NCBI GenBank assembly: GCA_964016885.1
Contig: OZ024743.1
Coordinates: 197,904,001-197,968,000, forward strand
Direction of reading: 5' to 3'
Length of the DNA: 64,000 bases
DNA from: Eledone cirrhosa
Lineage: Eukaryota
This document shows positions 15,310 to 29,392 of this stretch, piece after piece; within the stretch, counting starts at the first letter, position 1, and every line of letters begins with the position of its first letter. The position numbers were made by a program, and so were the translations under genes. The notes beneath the pieces are model-generated. The model did no database searches, was not told the origin of the DNA, and worked only from the letters and a program-made list of their open reading frames with translations.

Positions 15310-16452
15310 TGGTGGAAGGACGGCACATTCAGTTTTTAAATTGCCCCTTGATTTGGCAAAATTGGAAACTCCTACTTGTCATATCACCAAAGACTCCGAA
15401 AGGGCTCATCTGCTGCGAAAGTGTCACCTTATTGTTTGGGATGAGTGCACAATGGCGCACAAAGGTGCTCTTGAGGCACTAGACAGGTCTTTGCAAGACA
15501 TACGGGATTGCAGTGATGTTATGGGGGGTCACCCTTCTGCTATCAGGAGACTTCAGACAAACTCTTCCTATAATACCGAAAGGAACAAGAGCAGATGCGG
15601 TAAATGCATGTCTTAAGTCTTCACCTTTGTGACGACAAGTGACATCATTAAGACTAACTACCAACATGCGTGTAAGGTTGCATGGGGACCCTCTGTCATC
15701 AACATTTTCTGGAGACATTCTTACAATAGGAGATGGTAACTTACCTCCGGATACAGATGGACATACAGCAATTGATCACATCTGCAATGTAGTTGAAACT
15801 GTCGATGATTTCAAGGCATGATAACTATACGAATCTTGATTGGCTATGCGAAAGAGCCATTCTTGCACCATAAAATATCACGGTTAGCTGTATTAACGAT
15901 CAGCTTCTTCAGCATCTTCCTGGATGTCCACGGATATATAAATCTATTGATACTGTATGTGATCCAGAGGATGCGGTCAATTATCCAGTTGAATTTCTAA
16001 ATTTTAAATCCTCCTGGTTTACCTCCTAATACATTGGTTCTGAAAGAGGGAACACCAGTTATTTTGCTGAGAAATATCACTCCTCCAAAACTATGCAATG
16101 GTACACGCCTTGTGGTTAAAAAACTGTCTCCACTTAGTATTGACGCTACCATTCTATCCGGATGTGGAAAAGGCGAGGATGTGATAATAACAAAAATTAT
16201 CCTGACTACATCAGACGTGGATACTCCCTTCTCCTTTCGCCGAACCCAATTTCCCCTTCGTGTTGCCTTTGCGATGTCCATAAAGAAGTCGCAAGGTCAA
16301 AATCTGTCCGTCGCTGGAATTCACTTGGATAAACCTTGCTTTTCGCACGGACAATTCTACGTTGCCTGCTTATGAGTTGGCAGTCGAGATAATCTCTTTG
16401 CGTTTGTTCCGAAAAGAAAAACAAAGAATATCGTCTATCCTGAAGTACTTTA
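15310..16452 (+). pseudogene. Helitron PIF1-like helicase, frameshifted/with stops
   Basis: Motifs LIVWDECTMAHK, GDFRQTLP, LTTNMR, LLRNITPPKLCNGTRL, QFPLRVAFAMSIKKSQGQ, FSHGQFYVA spread over several frames. Confidence 0.9.
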
Positions 16453-16860
16453 GTGTTAACAAAAAAACTTATTACAGCTCTGCCTTCACTTCACCTTACT
16501 CATTACAAAACATACCAATGAATATGTCATGCAGGATATTTTGGATTATAAGTTAAAAATTTAACCATACACAGCAAAGGATGCTCTCAAAGAAGAGATT
16601 TTCTCTTATTCTACCCTCATTGTTTTTTTGTTTGTATACAATTCTGCTTTCATTACAACTTTTTGTACTTTAGCAAAACCGCCCGTTTTTTTTACACATT
16701 TGCAATGTGTATTGTCTTTAATCATTTGTATAACTACATCCTGTTCAGTGTTTTCGTTCATTATCAGCATATTTTTATGTGTACAAAGATTGCACAAAAT
16801 ATTCGTTTGCATTAATTATTGAAGACTTCTGCTTATTTTGACAGGTTGGGGACAAATAAT

Positions 16861-16935
16861 TGTTTCTACTTTAGGCACAAGGCCAGCAAATTACCCAGTG
16901 CATTACTGGTACTTTATTTTATCGACGATAAATAA
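16861..16935 (-). mobile_element. 5'-truncated SINE inserted in the Helitron with 15-bp TSD
   Basis: SINE 3' part flanked by direct repeat ttggggacaaataat at 16846-16860 and 16936-16950. Confidence 0.75.
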
Positions 16936-17045
16936 TTGGGGACAAATAATGTTCTTCTTTTACTTCCTAGCTGTATATTCTTAGCATAATTTCAAACCCC
17001 GAGCAACGCCGGGTAAATCTGCTAGTATAATATAATATAATATAA

Positions 17046-17183
17046 TATAATTGTTTCTACTTTAGGCAAAAGGCCAGCAATTACCCAGTGCATTACTGGT
17101 ACTTTATTTTATCGATCCCGTAAGGATGAAAGGCAAAGTCAACCTCGGCGAGATTTGAACTCAGATCGTAAAGGGACGTAACT
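17046..17183 (-). mobile_element. tRNA-SINE, 5' truncated, within (ATATA)n
   Basis: Close match to 34841-34975. Confidence 0.85.
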
Positions 17184-17277
17184 AATATAATATAATATAA
17201 TATAATATAATATAATATAATATAATATAATATAATATAATACAATAATATATATATACATATATATACATATATAT

Positions 17278-17311
<34 letters not shown>

Positions 17312-17399
17312 GTATGTGCGTGTGTGTGTGTGAGTGTGTTTATGAAAGTTGCATATACCATAAGACAGTTTAAGTCGGAATCGTCTAGGCTTCTCTGTT

Positions 17400-18520
17400 A
17401 TTTCTCTCCTTTAATATTTCGTATATTAGAAATTGCATCAAGCATGAACAGTTATGTGAAATATGTCTTACCATGTTACAAGATTATGACACTGTCATAA
17501 GTTAAATTATTTTTCTGTAATTCTTTATCGAAAGACAGACCCTTTAAAACGTTGTCAGATATCATTCGTTGTGTTTTACCTCGGAGACATTATCATGGAA
17601 AGTCCCATCCTGTGAAAGATATTGTATGCTTTCTTGTAAAAACAATATAAAGAAATATTCATTCCCTATACAGAGAAACCGAGATAGTATCACGAAAATT
17701 ATAATGAGCTGTTCGAATGTATTCCAGCAATGTGTTGTATGGGGAAATATATATGCAGAAAATATGTTAAAAATATGCAATTTAAAATTCCTGCGTAGTA
17801 GAACTTTTCATAAATGTGCAACGGATTCTTTTCTTTGTTAAAATCTTCTAACACGAGCTTACTTACGTCAATAACAGCCTTTGCCAGAAGGAAATGAAAC
17901 AAGGTAGGCAGTGGAGAGAGTCTACGCAAGGCGTCGACTATAAAATACCACAAACGTTTGTGGAATACTGGTTACAATTATGAGAATGTCGAAGTGAATC
18001 CGGTCAATGACAGGCGAACATTTCTTTGGAATTCTCCCAGCAGTTGGTAACACAACAAGAATATTTAGTAAAATGAGAAGAATAAAAAGAAAAAAAAATG
18101 AAACCAAAAAAAAAAAAAAATGGGAAATCGTCTGGACATAGTTGTTTATGAGAATGGCAAAGCTCAATTGGTACCTTAAATTGAAATTATATATGATGAG
18201 CTGGCTGCTCTCCACTTGGGTTTTGAGCCTTCTGTTGAAGCGGGACAAGCAGTTCGATATCATGCAGACGACAGATTTTTTTGAATGTAGGGAAATAGCC
18301 ATTTATCTTCCGTTGCATTCTAAATGCCAGTATACGATTTGGTGGAGAAGAAGGGGTTTGTTCTATAATTGATATTTATATCGCAAAAAGCAATCCTAAA
18401 GTAAATTGATATCAATTTTTCTCTCAACTTTTTATTATAATCCATAAGATATCTGACAAGAAAATTTATTAATCTGTCAATGTGAAAAACTGAAAAGACA
18501 ATATTCGGTGTTATTGTCAC
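17400..18520 (-). pseudogene. Possible decayed ABCA-subfamily transporter fragment (TM domain into NBD start), intronless
   Basis: FHFLLAKAVIDV resembles ABCA PHFCLGRGLIDM; hydrophobic segments upstream; DSVIIL*HGKTY..DAISNI..IKGE downstream resembles the NBD entry; many stops and frameshifts. Confidence 0.35.
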
Positions 18521-18688
18521 GTGATGATTCTTAAAACCATTGCTCTCCCTTAATGAAAAAAAAAAAATGCATACGATAAAAATTTGCTCTCAACTTCAAT
18601 ACTTTACACAGACACACACACACATATATATATATGTATATATATATGAATATATATCTATATATCTATATCTATCTACTATATATAT

Positions 18689-18851
<163 letters not shown>

Positions 18852-19468
18852 ATATATATATATATATAATATATATATATATTTGTTTCTTTCTTTCTAC
18901 TTTTCTACTTGCGAAGTACTGGAAGAGACTGAAATAATCAAATATACTTTATATTCTTCAAAAATATATGAATTTGGTGATTCGAATAAAACAATAACAG
19001 AAACAACAACAACAAGTAAAATACCCAGAGCACGAATAAAAACAATCGATTATATATTTTTTATTGAATATAACATCTACCTTTTCTGTACAAGTTTAGC
19101 TATTAAGTGTGTTCATTGATTGATATATGTATCTTGTATAAAGATTATCAAGTAGCACATATTGGGATTACAAATGAAATATGTGATCAATAATTTAAAA
19201 GTTGTTGTTCAGGCTTCTGTAATTGTATATGGCGTGTTTTCACTTTTAAATACAAAACAAAATTAATGTCGAAGCAGCAAAACAGCGTCTACACGGTGGT
19301 TCGATTTGATAGAAATAGCAAATGAATTTCCCTAAACAACGTGAAGAAGGATGCGATGCGTTGAATAATGTAGGCCCATTTTCACTGTAGCTAGAAAGAA
19401 AAACAAGACTGAAAAATCATAATTGCACAGCCATTGATCAGAGGTGTGTTCGACTAAGTTAACCCGTA

Positions 19469-19518
<50 letters not shown>

Positions 19519-19637
19519 GCAGCAGCTGTTTCAACAACAACAGTAACGACAAAACAACAATAAGAGCTAAAGCGAGAACATCTAAGTAGACGCTTAACCG
19601 GCTAGCTAGATCTCACATCTAAATCACATCTTACTTG

Positions 19638-20215
19638 ATAATTGTTTCTATTTTTGGCACAAGGCCAGCAATTACCCAGTACATTACTAGTGCTTTATTT
19701 TATCGACCCCGTAAGGATGAAAGGCAAAGTTAGCCTCGGCGGGATTGAATTCAGATCATAAAGGGACGTAACTCTATGCTTCAAAGCATGGTGTCCGACT
19801 CTCTACCGATACTGCCAATGTATTATACAAATAATTGTTTCTACTTTTGGCACCAGGCCAGCAATTATCCCAGTGCATTACTGGTACTTTATTTTATCGA
19901 CCCCGTAAGGATGAAAGGCAAAGTTAGCCTCGGCGGGATTGAACTCAGATCATAAAGGGACGTAACTCTATGCTTCAAAGCATGGTGTCCGACTCTCTAC
20001 CGATACTGCCAATGTATTATACAAATAATTGTTTCTACTTTTGGCACCAGGCCAGCAATTATCCCAGTGCATTACTGGTACTTTATTTTATCGACCCCGT
20101 AAGGATGAAAGGCAAAGTTAGCCTCGGCGGGACTGCGGGATTTGAACGCAGATCATAAAGGGAGGTAAGTCTATGCTTCAATGCATGGCGCCCGACCCTC
20201 TACCGATACTGCCAA
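19638..20215 (-). mobile_element. Three head-to-tail tRNA-SINE copies (~193-bp period)
   Basis: Units start at ~19638, 19831 and 20025, nearly identical including the spacer tgtattatacaa. Confidence 0.9.
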
Positions 20216-20264
20216 TATCATTGGCCAATAACATTTTGATGGAATCATAGGGGCGCCGGCGTGA

Positions 20265-20510
20265 TCTACGAAGAAGATCAGAGGTATCCGCTTTGAGGAT
20301 GTAGAGGAGTTGAAGGAAGCTATGAGCAACGTCCTGGACACCTTCATTTTGGAGGACTACAAGGGGGCATTCCAGAAGTAGTTGGAGTGCTACAACATGT
20401 GCATTGAAGTTGGGGGATCCTACTTTGAGAGAGAGACAAGAGTCTTTGTATTGATCTGAGTTAAAGAAATGTCTCGCTGATAAAAGTCTCAAAGCATCAC
20501 GAGTGTTCCT
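20265..20510 (+). mobile_element. Mariner transposase C-terminal remnant
   Basis: Translates KKIRGIRFEDVEELKEAMSNVLDTFILEDYKGAFQK*LECYNMCIEVGGSYFE, a typical mariner C-terminus. Confidence 0.8.
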
Positions 20511-20551
20511 CAACAGTTACCCATCGCTCTTCAGTTCATAACACAGCTAAT

Positions 20552-20621
20552 TTCTTCTTCTTCTTCTTCTTCTTCTTCTTCTTCTTCTTCTTCTTCTTCT
20601 TCTTCTTCTTCTTCTTCTTCT

Positions 20622-20676
<55 letters not shown>

Positions 20677-20796
20677 GAGAAGAGGGAGAGAGAGACATAG
20701 GGAGAGGGAGAGAGAGAAAGACAGAGAGAGACAGATAGACAGATAGAGAATGCAATTCAGAGAAAGAACCAACCTTCGTAGTGAACTGAAAGGATG

Positions 20797-20827
<31 letters not shown>

Positions 20828-20853
20828 CTTCTTCTTCTTCTTCTTCTTCTAGG

Positions 20854-20903
<50 letters not shown>

Positions 20904-21023
20904 GAGAAGAGGGAGAGAGAGACATAGGGAGAGGGAGAGAGAGAAAGACAGAGAGAGACAGATAGACAGATAGAGAATGCAATTCAGAGAAAGAACCAAC
21001 CTTCGTAGTGAACTGAAAGGATG

Positions 21024-21054
<31 letters not shown>

Positions 21055-21077
21055 CTTCTTCTTCTTCTTCTTCTAGG

Positions 21078-21127
<50 letters not shown>

Positions 21128-21247
21128 GAGAAGAGGGAGAGAGAGACATAGGGAGAGGGAGAGAGAGAAAGACAGAGAGAGACAGATAGACAGATAGAGA
21201 ATGCAATTCAGAGAAAGAACCAACCTTCGTAGTGGACTGAAAGGATG
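20552..21247. repeat. Three tandem ~225-bp units of (TTC)n-(GA)n plus SINE-end fragment
   Basis: aatgcaattcagagaaagaaccaaccttcgtagt recurs at ~20748, 20975 and 21200. Confidence 0.9.
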
Positions 21248-21353
21248 AAAGACAAAGTTGACCCCCGCATTATTTGAACTCAGAGCTACATCTCTCCAGC
21301 CTTTAATACTTCCATGATTTGTAATATCTTCAGTCTCAGAAACACATACACAC

Positions 21354-21402
<49 letters not shown>

Positions 21403-21440
21403 CTCTCACTCTCTCACACTGTTTTTCTCTTTCTCTCTAT

Positions 21441-21539
<99 letters not shown>

Positions 21540-21571
21540 CATGTATATATACATATTTATATATATAAATA

Positions 21572-21663
<92 letters not shown>

Positions 21664-21893
21664 TAGATACATGTATAGACCATTTCGTAATCATCCATCG
21701 ATCCAATTATGTCATTATGACAGGGTAACCAGGATGTTTCTTTGTATTGGCACTTACTGAAAGAGGGTATTTGTTTAATCTACAAGTCAAAGGCAGGGGT
21801 TAGTAGGTGATAGAACGAAATGTTCAAAGCGTTGTAAAGAGACATTTACTCAGAAAGATCTGATTATTGCGCAGGAGATATTGTAGGGATAAA

Positions 21894-21979
<86 letters not shown>

Positions 21980-22055
21980 ATACCCGCATGTACACACCCA
22001 CGCATTCACACATACAGACATATATAAGTTCATTATATATGTATTTATATATATT

Positions 22056-22196
<141 letters not shown>

Positions 22197-22238
22197 GTAC
22201 TGCCTCTCTGTTTTTTGTTCTCTGTTCATTTATTCAAC

Positions 22239-22279
<41 letters not shown>

Positions 22280-22355
22280 TTGTGGGTGTGTATGTATATA
22301 TATATATAAATATATACATATAGGAGAGAAGGGGTGATAGAGAAAATGCAGAATG

Positions 22356-22408
<53 letters not shown>

Positions 22409-23266
22409 ACGTGCATGTGTATGCGTGTACGTGAGTGTGCACTGGTGTATGTAAAGGGTTGTATCTGTACAAAAATTAGTAAAAACAAAGGTAGATGATG
22501 AAAGATTGTGTAAAATTAAGGAAAGAAGGTTGATAAAGTTTGGTAAATCAAATTAAACTGAAACTAAACATGGAAAAATGAAAAAAAAATGAAAATCAAA
22601 CTTAAATGAATAATATATAAAGAATATAAATAAAAGAAGATTGTTTTTCTTTTTTGTTATTTAGAATGCTTTTAAGAAAACTAAACATTTAAATTTTCAA
22701 TTATCAACTTTACAAATATGCTGCAGTGAATTTATCCTGTTTATGAAATTTCATTGATGCGAATTTAATATTATATTTCGTTTTGCTTACTGTGCTATAA
22801 ATTGGAAAGCTCTTCTCACCACTAGTATCGCTTAGAATAATAGAACATGCTGTGGTCAGGCTTGGAAAGGTTTTTTAATTTGTTAGAAATAAAACCAACA
22901 GATATGTGTATGGCTTGCTTAAATGAAATTACACGCATCACTAATCAGGTCTGTTTCTCATACCCATCTATCACACGTCACACATCACTTAATTCACTTA
23001 TTTCACTATTATGAATTAACGAATATGATTTCTTTTCAGAAACCTGCTTTGAATGAAAATTAAATCAAAAACAAAACCAAAACGAAAAATCAAAAAACAA
23101 ACAAACAAACACAAAACACAAGCATGTTTGATTAAAATATCTATAGTATCTACGCATATATGTAGTGATGTATGTATGTATATATGCATGTATGAATGTA
23201 TGTATGTATGTATGTATGTATGTATGTATGTATGTATGTATGTATGTATGTATGTATGTATGTATG

Positions 23267-23297
<31 letters not shown>

Positions 23298-23599
23298 GTA
23301 TATATGTATCTATGTATCTATGTATGTACGTATCTATGTAAGTATGTATGTATGCATGTATGTATGTCTATGCATGTATGTATGTATGTATATATGTATG
23401 TCTATGCATGTATGTATGTCTATGCATGTATGTATGAATGTATGTATGTATGTATGTATGTATGTATGTATGTATGTATGTATATATGTATGTCTATGTG
23501 TATATCGGCATAATTGACTTGAACACGGATAAATAATAAATATATACACACATATCCACACACGCCGCCTATACTCACACATACGTATTATGTATGTAA

Positions 23600-23633
<34 letters not shown>

Positions 23634-23781
23634 GAATTATAAACATATAGAATGAATATACAAATTAAAACACTGGAACCCAAGCTTATATATCTGTGAG
23701 CGTGTGTGCATTTGTGTGTGAATGTGTGTCTAATTACGTGTGTTAGTCAGTGTATATCTATCTATCTATATATATATAAAT

Positions 23782-23874
<93 letters not shown>

Positions 23875-25599
23875 TGTTTGTTTATATGGCGAAGTGAAGT
23901 TTTGAAATGAGAACATTATATATTACATATTGATTAAATCGCTGTTTGTATATCAATTTATCACGTCTATTGAGCTAATATTGACACTGAACTGCCTCTG
24001 TTTGTTCTTACAAACGAAAAAGTCTCTGAAGTTCTCTACACAATTTACAGCTTGTCTTGCATATATTTCATTCATACACAAGAATGCACACATATGTATA
24101 TTTTCTTACATACACATAAGCATACGTCTGTACGTGCGTACGTATATTCATACATGCATAAATACATACTAACACATATATACATACATACGCATATATA
24201 TATATATATATGCACACATATATGCACACAAATACACACACATACACATATACACATATGCACACATATATACATATATACATTTATACACATACGTACG
24301 TACGTACGCACAGATATACATACGCACACATATACACATATACATATATACACACATACATTCGAACGCACGCACATATATACATACGCAGACATATACA
24401 CATATATACATATACACATATATAGATAATATTCAAATACATACGTACGTACGCACATATATACATGCGCACACATATACACATATATACATATATACAC
24501 ATAGATACGTACGTACGCACATATATACATACGCACACACATACAATATATGCATAGATGCACATACATACGTACACACACACACATTGTGTCTATATAC
24601 ACGTAGACACAAACCTAGCTGTATACACATACATACATATATGCATATATACATACATACAGGTATATATATATTTATATATATATATAGTAATAATAAT
24701 AAATTTGAAGACTAAAATCCAAAGAGGGCTCGATAAGGATATATATCGATAAGGATATATATCGATAAGGATATATATCGATAAGGATATATATCAAATA
24801 TATAAGAACCGTCAGCGATTCTTTGCTTAAACTTTAATCTGTTATTTTAATAAATATATATATATATATATATATACACATACATGAATATTTTTACTTA
24901 TATAGATATTTACACATACATACATATATGCATGTATACATACATACATAAAGGTATATATATATATATATATACACATATATACATATATGCATATATA
25001 CATACAGGTATATATATATGCATATATACATACATACATACAGGTATATATATACATGCATACATACATACATACATACATACATACATACATACATACA
25101 TACATACATACATACATACATACATACATACATTCATATATATAAAAAGTCACATATATAAATATACATATGTTCGTGGCACCACGTAGTTGTATACAAT
25201 ATGTATGTATGTTGTATATATTTAAAATGTCATGTAGATATACATCGTAATTATTACTTCCATGAATCGTGCTTTTCCCTAACCATAGGAGACACTTCAT
25301 GATTAGACTGGATAGTTTGACAGTTAATGAGTAGATGTGTCTTCCATCTTTAATATGTCTATATACATATATGTTAATCTTTTTTAACCTGTTAGTTCTT
25401 TCGTTACTTTGGTATTGTGTGGTTGGGTTTTGCCTACCGCAATGTTCAATTTGTCAAGCTATTTAAACGTATGTTATTACTCTAAGGACCAACCCTTATT
25501 GAGTGCTTTACTAACTCATTCCTATTGTAGGTCGACTTTGCTTGCCCACAGCCAAAGCTTCGATTTTACTAAGCTTCCACTTGTATATATATATATATA

Positions 25600-26072
<473 letters not shown>

Positions 26073-26199
26073 AGCTGTCGAAACGGCCGGAGCTCAGCCG
26101 TCGTGGTCCTGACTCTTACTCTATTACCCACTCTACTATCCTAAGTATTGAGTGCTCTGGTGGTTATGGGCCATCTGGTATCTTACAACACCCTCTCTG

Positions 26200-26276
<77 letters not shown>

Positions 26277-26556
26277 GAATATATTAAATTTCATTGGTTT
26301 TGGGGTGCAGTTATGGCCACACTAAATATTGCGGGAGATTCTTTTAAACTGACCCCCTCATCGGGTACGAGGACAAATTTGCCCAAAGATGGGTCAGTTT
26401 AGAAGAGCCTCTTCCAATATACAGCGGTGGCTATAACAGGACCCCGAAACAAACGTCTCAAATACATGTTAAGTGTATGGAACTTTATTTATATAAAACA
26501 AGTATTCTTGCAATGGATTGAGCATTGTTTTCCTTGATCTTTCATCTACTGATATA

Positions 26557-26627
<71 letters not shown>

Positions 26628-26648
26628 TACACACTGACACACACACAC

Positions 26649-26693
<45 letters not shown>

Positions 26694-26944
26694 TCTTAGT
26701 TAGGTGTGTAACAACAGTTACAGTTGGAGCGCCGTTATGTGCCATTACACATATAAGCTTGTATATCTGATGAGATGTAAAAGAGTCGGGCCCCGTCACC
26801 TTCATTGTACCTTATAACTTATAATATGCAAATACAGTTTGTACATATGGTGCAACACTGACTCTTTTAAATCTCTCTCTCCCCCTCTCTCTTCCTCTCT
26901 CCCCCTCTCTCTCTACACACACAAATATATATATATATATTTTT

Positions 26945-27676
26945 TCTAGGGCGAGTAAAATTCCCGAGATCCATGGACGAGTTCTCTCCAGCGGTCTGTG
27001 TCCCTCATTATCGCTGCCATGTCCTGCGTCTCCAACAGACCAGTGTCTGTCCTTAGGGCATCAACATACGTTAAGGTTGGTCTTCCAGTTCCAGTGTGTC
27101 CATGTAGGGGCTCCTACATGAGCACTGAGTGCAATGTCAACTCTGGATGTCGGTGAGCATGTCCAGCTAACCTCAGTCTCCTCTGTGTCACTTTTGAGCT
27201 GACTTTTGGGAGGCTCCCATACAGCTCTGAGTCTTTCATCCTCAGTGTATACTGATTAATGTTCAGAGCCATCCTCAGCATTTTCGTGTAGCACCCATCC
27301 ACCATCTGAGTGAGTTTCCTGGTCAGTGTCCAAGTCTCAGACCCATACAGCTGCACATACTCCACTACAGCAATGAAGAGGGGTCTTTACGAAGGGCCGA
27401 CTTCCACACCAATCTCAAGCTGTGGCACGCCACCCAGGCTTTGTTCTTCCTCTCACCCACCCCATCTTCCTTATTACTAATCTTTGCTCCCAAATACAGG
27501 AAGTCCTCAATCAGTTCTAGCGGCTTCCCGCCTACATTAGTGATCCCCTCTGGCTTCTCAACATTCTCTACCAGGTATTTTGTTTTAGACTCATTCATTC
27601 TCAGCCCCACACTCATCGACACAGTCTCAACCTCCTGTATCAAATCCTCTGTCTCCTTCACTGTATTTGTTACCAA

Positions 27677-27680
<4 letters not shown>
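26945..27680 (-). mobile_element. RTE-clade LINE 3' fragment
   Basis: VGLRMNESKTKY, EDFLYLGA, LYGSETWTLT, RRLRLAGH motifs; internal deletion. Confidence 0.85.
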
Positions 27681-27732
<52 letters not shown>

Positions 27733-27878
27733 TTTTGAGTTTATGTTGGTTGTATACCAACACCTCAGTATGCAGGCTGGAGCACTCGACGAAGTGCGCA
27801 GGTTGGTTTGGTTACTCCGGAGTAGTGTAAAATAAAGTTAAATAAAAGTAAAATGATTAAAATTTAGCTTCGTTTATT

Positions 27879-27933
27879 ACTGCTATATATATTTCAGTGA
27901 CAGCCATCTTTGGCTGTGACCTCTTCAGGCAGT
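27879..27933 (-). ncRNA. Type I hammerhead ribozyme
   Basis: Inverted copy of 28142-28196. Confidence 0.8.
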
Positions 27934-28141
27934 TTGAATTAGTATGGTATAGACAAGTACATATGTTGTTTAGGTGTATGATATTGTCAATACTCTGATA
28001 TGCCCAGTTCCTTGCTGGGTTGTTAATTCACTCCAGTTCCCCAGTGAATTAACAACCCAGCAAGGAACTGGGCATATCAGAGTATTGACAATATCATACA
28101 CCTAAACAACATATGTACTTGTCTATACCATACTAATTCAA

Positions 28142-28196
28142 ACTGCCTGAAGAGGTCACAGCCAAAGATGGCTGTCACTGAAATATATATAGCAGT
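28142..28196 (+). ncRNA. Type I hammerhead ribozyme (palindromic stem III)
   Basis: actgc CTGAAGA ggtcacagcc-aaagat-ggctgtcact GAAA tatata TA^ gcagt; stem I actgc/gcagt. Confidence 0.8.
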
Positions 28197-28240
28197 AATA
28201 AACGAAGCTAAATTTTAATCATTTGACTTTTATTTAACTT

Positions 28241-28272
<32 letters not shown>

Positions 28273-28364
28273 GGATAGAACACTACTCCAATAAACACGA
28301 TGGCTGGGGACAAAGCAGAGGACGTGTGTTTTTTTTTCCTGCTGGCAGCATATCACAAAATCGA

Positions 28365-28456
28365 ATTCATCTGAGGATACCGTTCTCATAACAGCAACAA
28401 ATGCATGAATTAAATCTTGATTGCTTGGGAGAACCGATGAAATAATTATAATGAAT
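28365..28456 (+). ncRNA. Type I hammerhead ribozyme with extended stem II
   Basis: attcat CTGAGGA ..gttctc..gagaac.. GAAA taatta TA^ atgaat; stem I 6/6, palindromic stem III ATAATTAT. Confidence 0.7.
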
Positions 28457-28516
28457 AAACCATTTATGTAATACCAGTATCTTTATTAATGTTATATATA
28501 TATATATTTTTTAATA

Positions 28517-28584
<68 letters not shown>

Positions 28585-28585
28585 T

Positions 28586-29165
28586 ATATTGTTATACTTG
28601 GGGAGGGTCATATTTGTGTAATAATATTGCCAGAATTAATAACAGAACACACTCACTGTTTGGTTGGTTTTCGCTTCTGTGTCTTTTATATCGGTTAATT
28701 TAATTTATTCGGTCCTCGATGTTACCATTCACTGACCAACGGTCAAAAATACAGATACAATATAGACACAAACACATATATATAGTCTAACAAAGTTCTT
28801 GTGTTGCACATCTGCAACATCGTCAGTGGTGCTATTATGTTTCCCCCCGTTCTATTGTATGTCGACCTAGGTAGACATACAATACAACGGGAGGAAACAT
28901 AACTTTGTTAGACTATATATATGTGTTTGTGTCTATATTGTATCTGTATTTTTGACCGTTGTTCAGTCAATGGTAACATTGAGGACCGAATAAATTAAAA
29001 TAACCGATATAAAAGACACAGAAGCAAAAACCAACCAAACAGTGAGTGTGTTCTGTTATTAATTCTGGGTATATTATTACACAAATATGACCTCCCCAAG
29101 TATAACAATATTTGTTTCGACACACGATTTCATATAAAATACCTCGCAAAACTAATTCATCGCCG

Positions 29166-29168
<3 letters not shown>
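28586..29168. mobile_element. Fold-back non-autonomous Penelope-type element (ttgttatacttggggagggtca family)
   Basis: 28586-28800 inverted at 28903-29110; decayed HHR at ~28790-28832(-) with GAAA changed to ACAA; family also at 53098-53890 and 62905-63232. Confidence 0.7.
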
Positions 29169-29250
<82 letters not shown>

Positions 29251-29298
29251 CCAGTGCATTACTGGTACTATATATATATATATATAGGAACCAGTAAG

Positions 29299-29392
29299 AC
29301 CCCGACAGCTGAGCTCAAGCCGTTTCGACGGCTAATTCTGGACTAAATGTAAATTTATCCTGGTATTTAAATAGCCGATCTTCTCAAGGGGT
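29299..29392 (-). ncRNA. Type I hammerhead ribozyme, U3-A8 core variant
   Basis: acccc TTGAGAA gatcggcta..tagccgtc GAA acggct-tgagctc-agctgT C^ ggggt. Confidence 0.75.

Larger units (their letters stand above)
14740..17025 (+). mobile_element. Internally deleted Helitron
   Basis: 5' A|TCtttatatatataaa; 3' hairpin cccg-agcaacgc-cggg followed by CTAG|T; PIF1-family helicase remnant inside. Confidence 0.85.
27828..28247. repeat. ~420-bp near-perfect palindrome carrying two HHRs
   Basis: Arms 27828-28032 and 28043-28247 are reverse complements around a 10-nt loop. Confidence 0.9.

Noticed and set aside
17922-18520. nAChR/chemotactile receptor remnant (YNKKLR, VIDRI)
   Set aside because: Motifs too close together for that fold; the ABCA reading is more collinear
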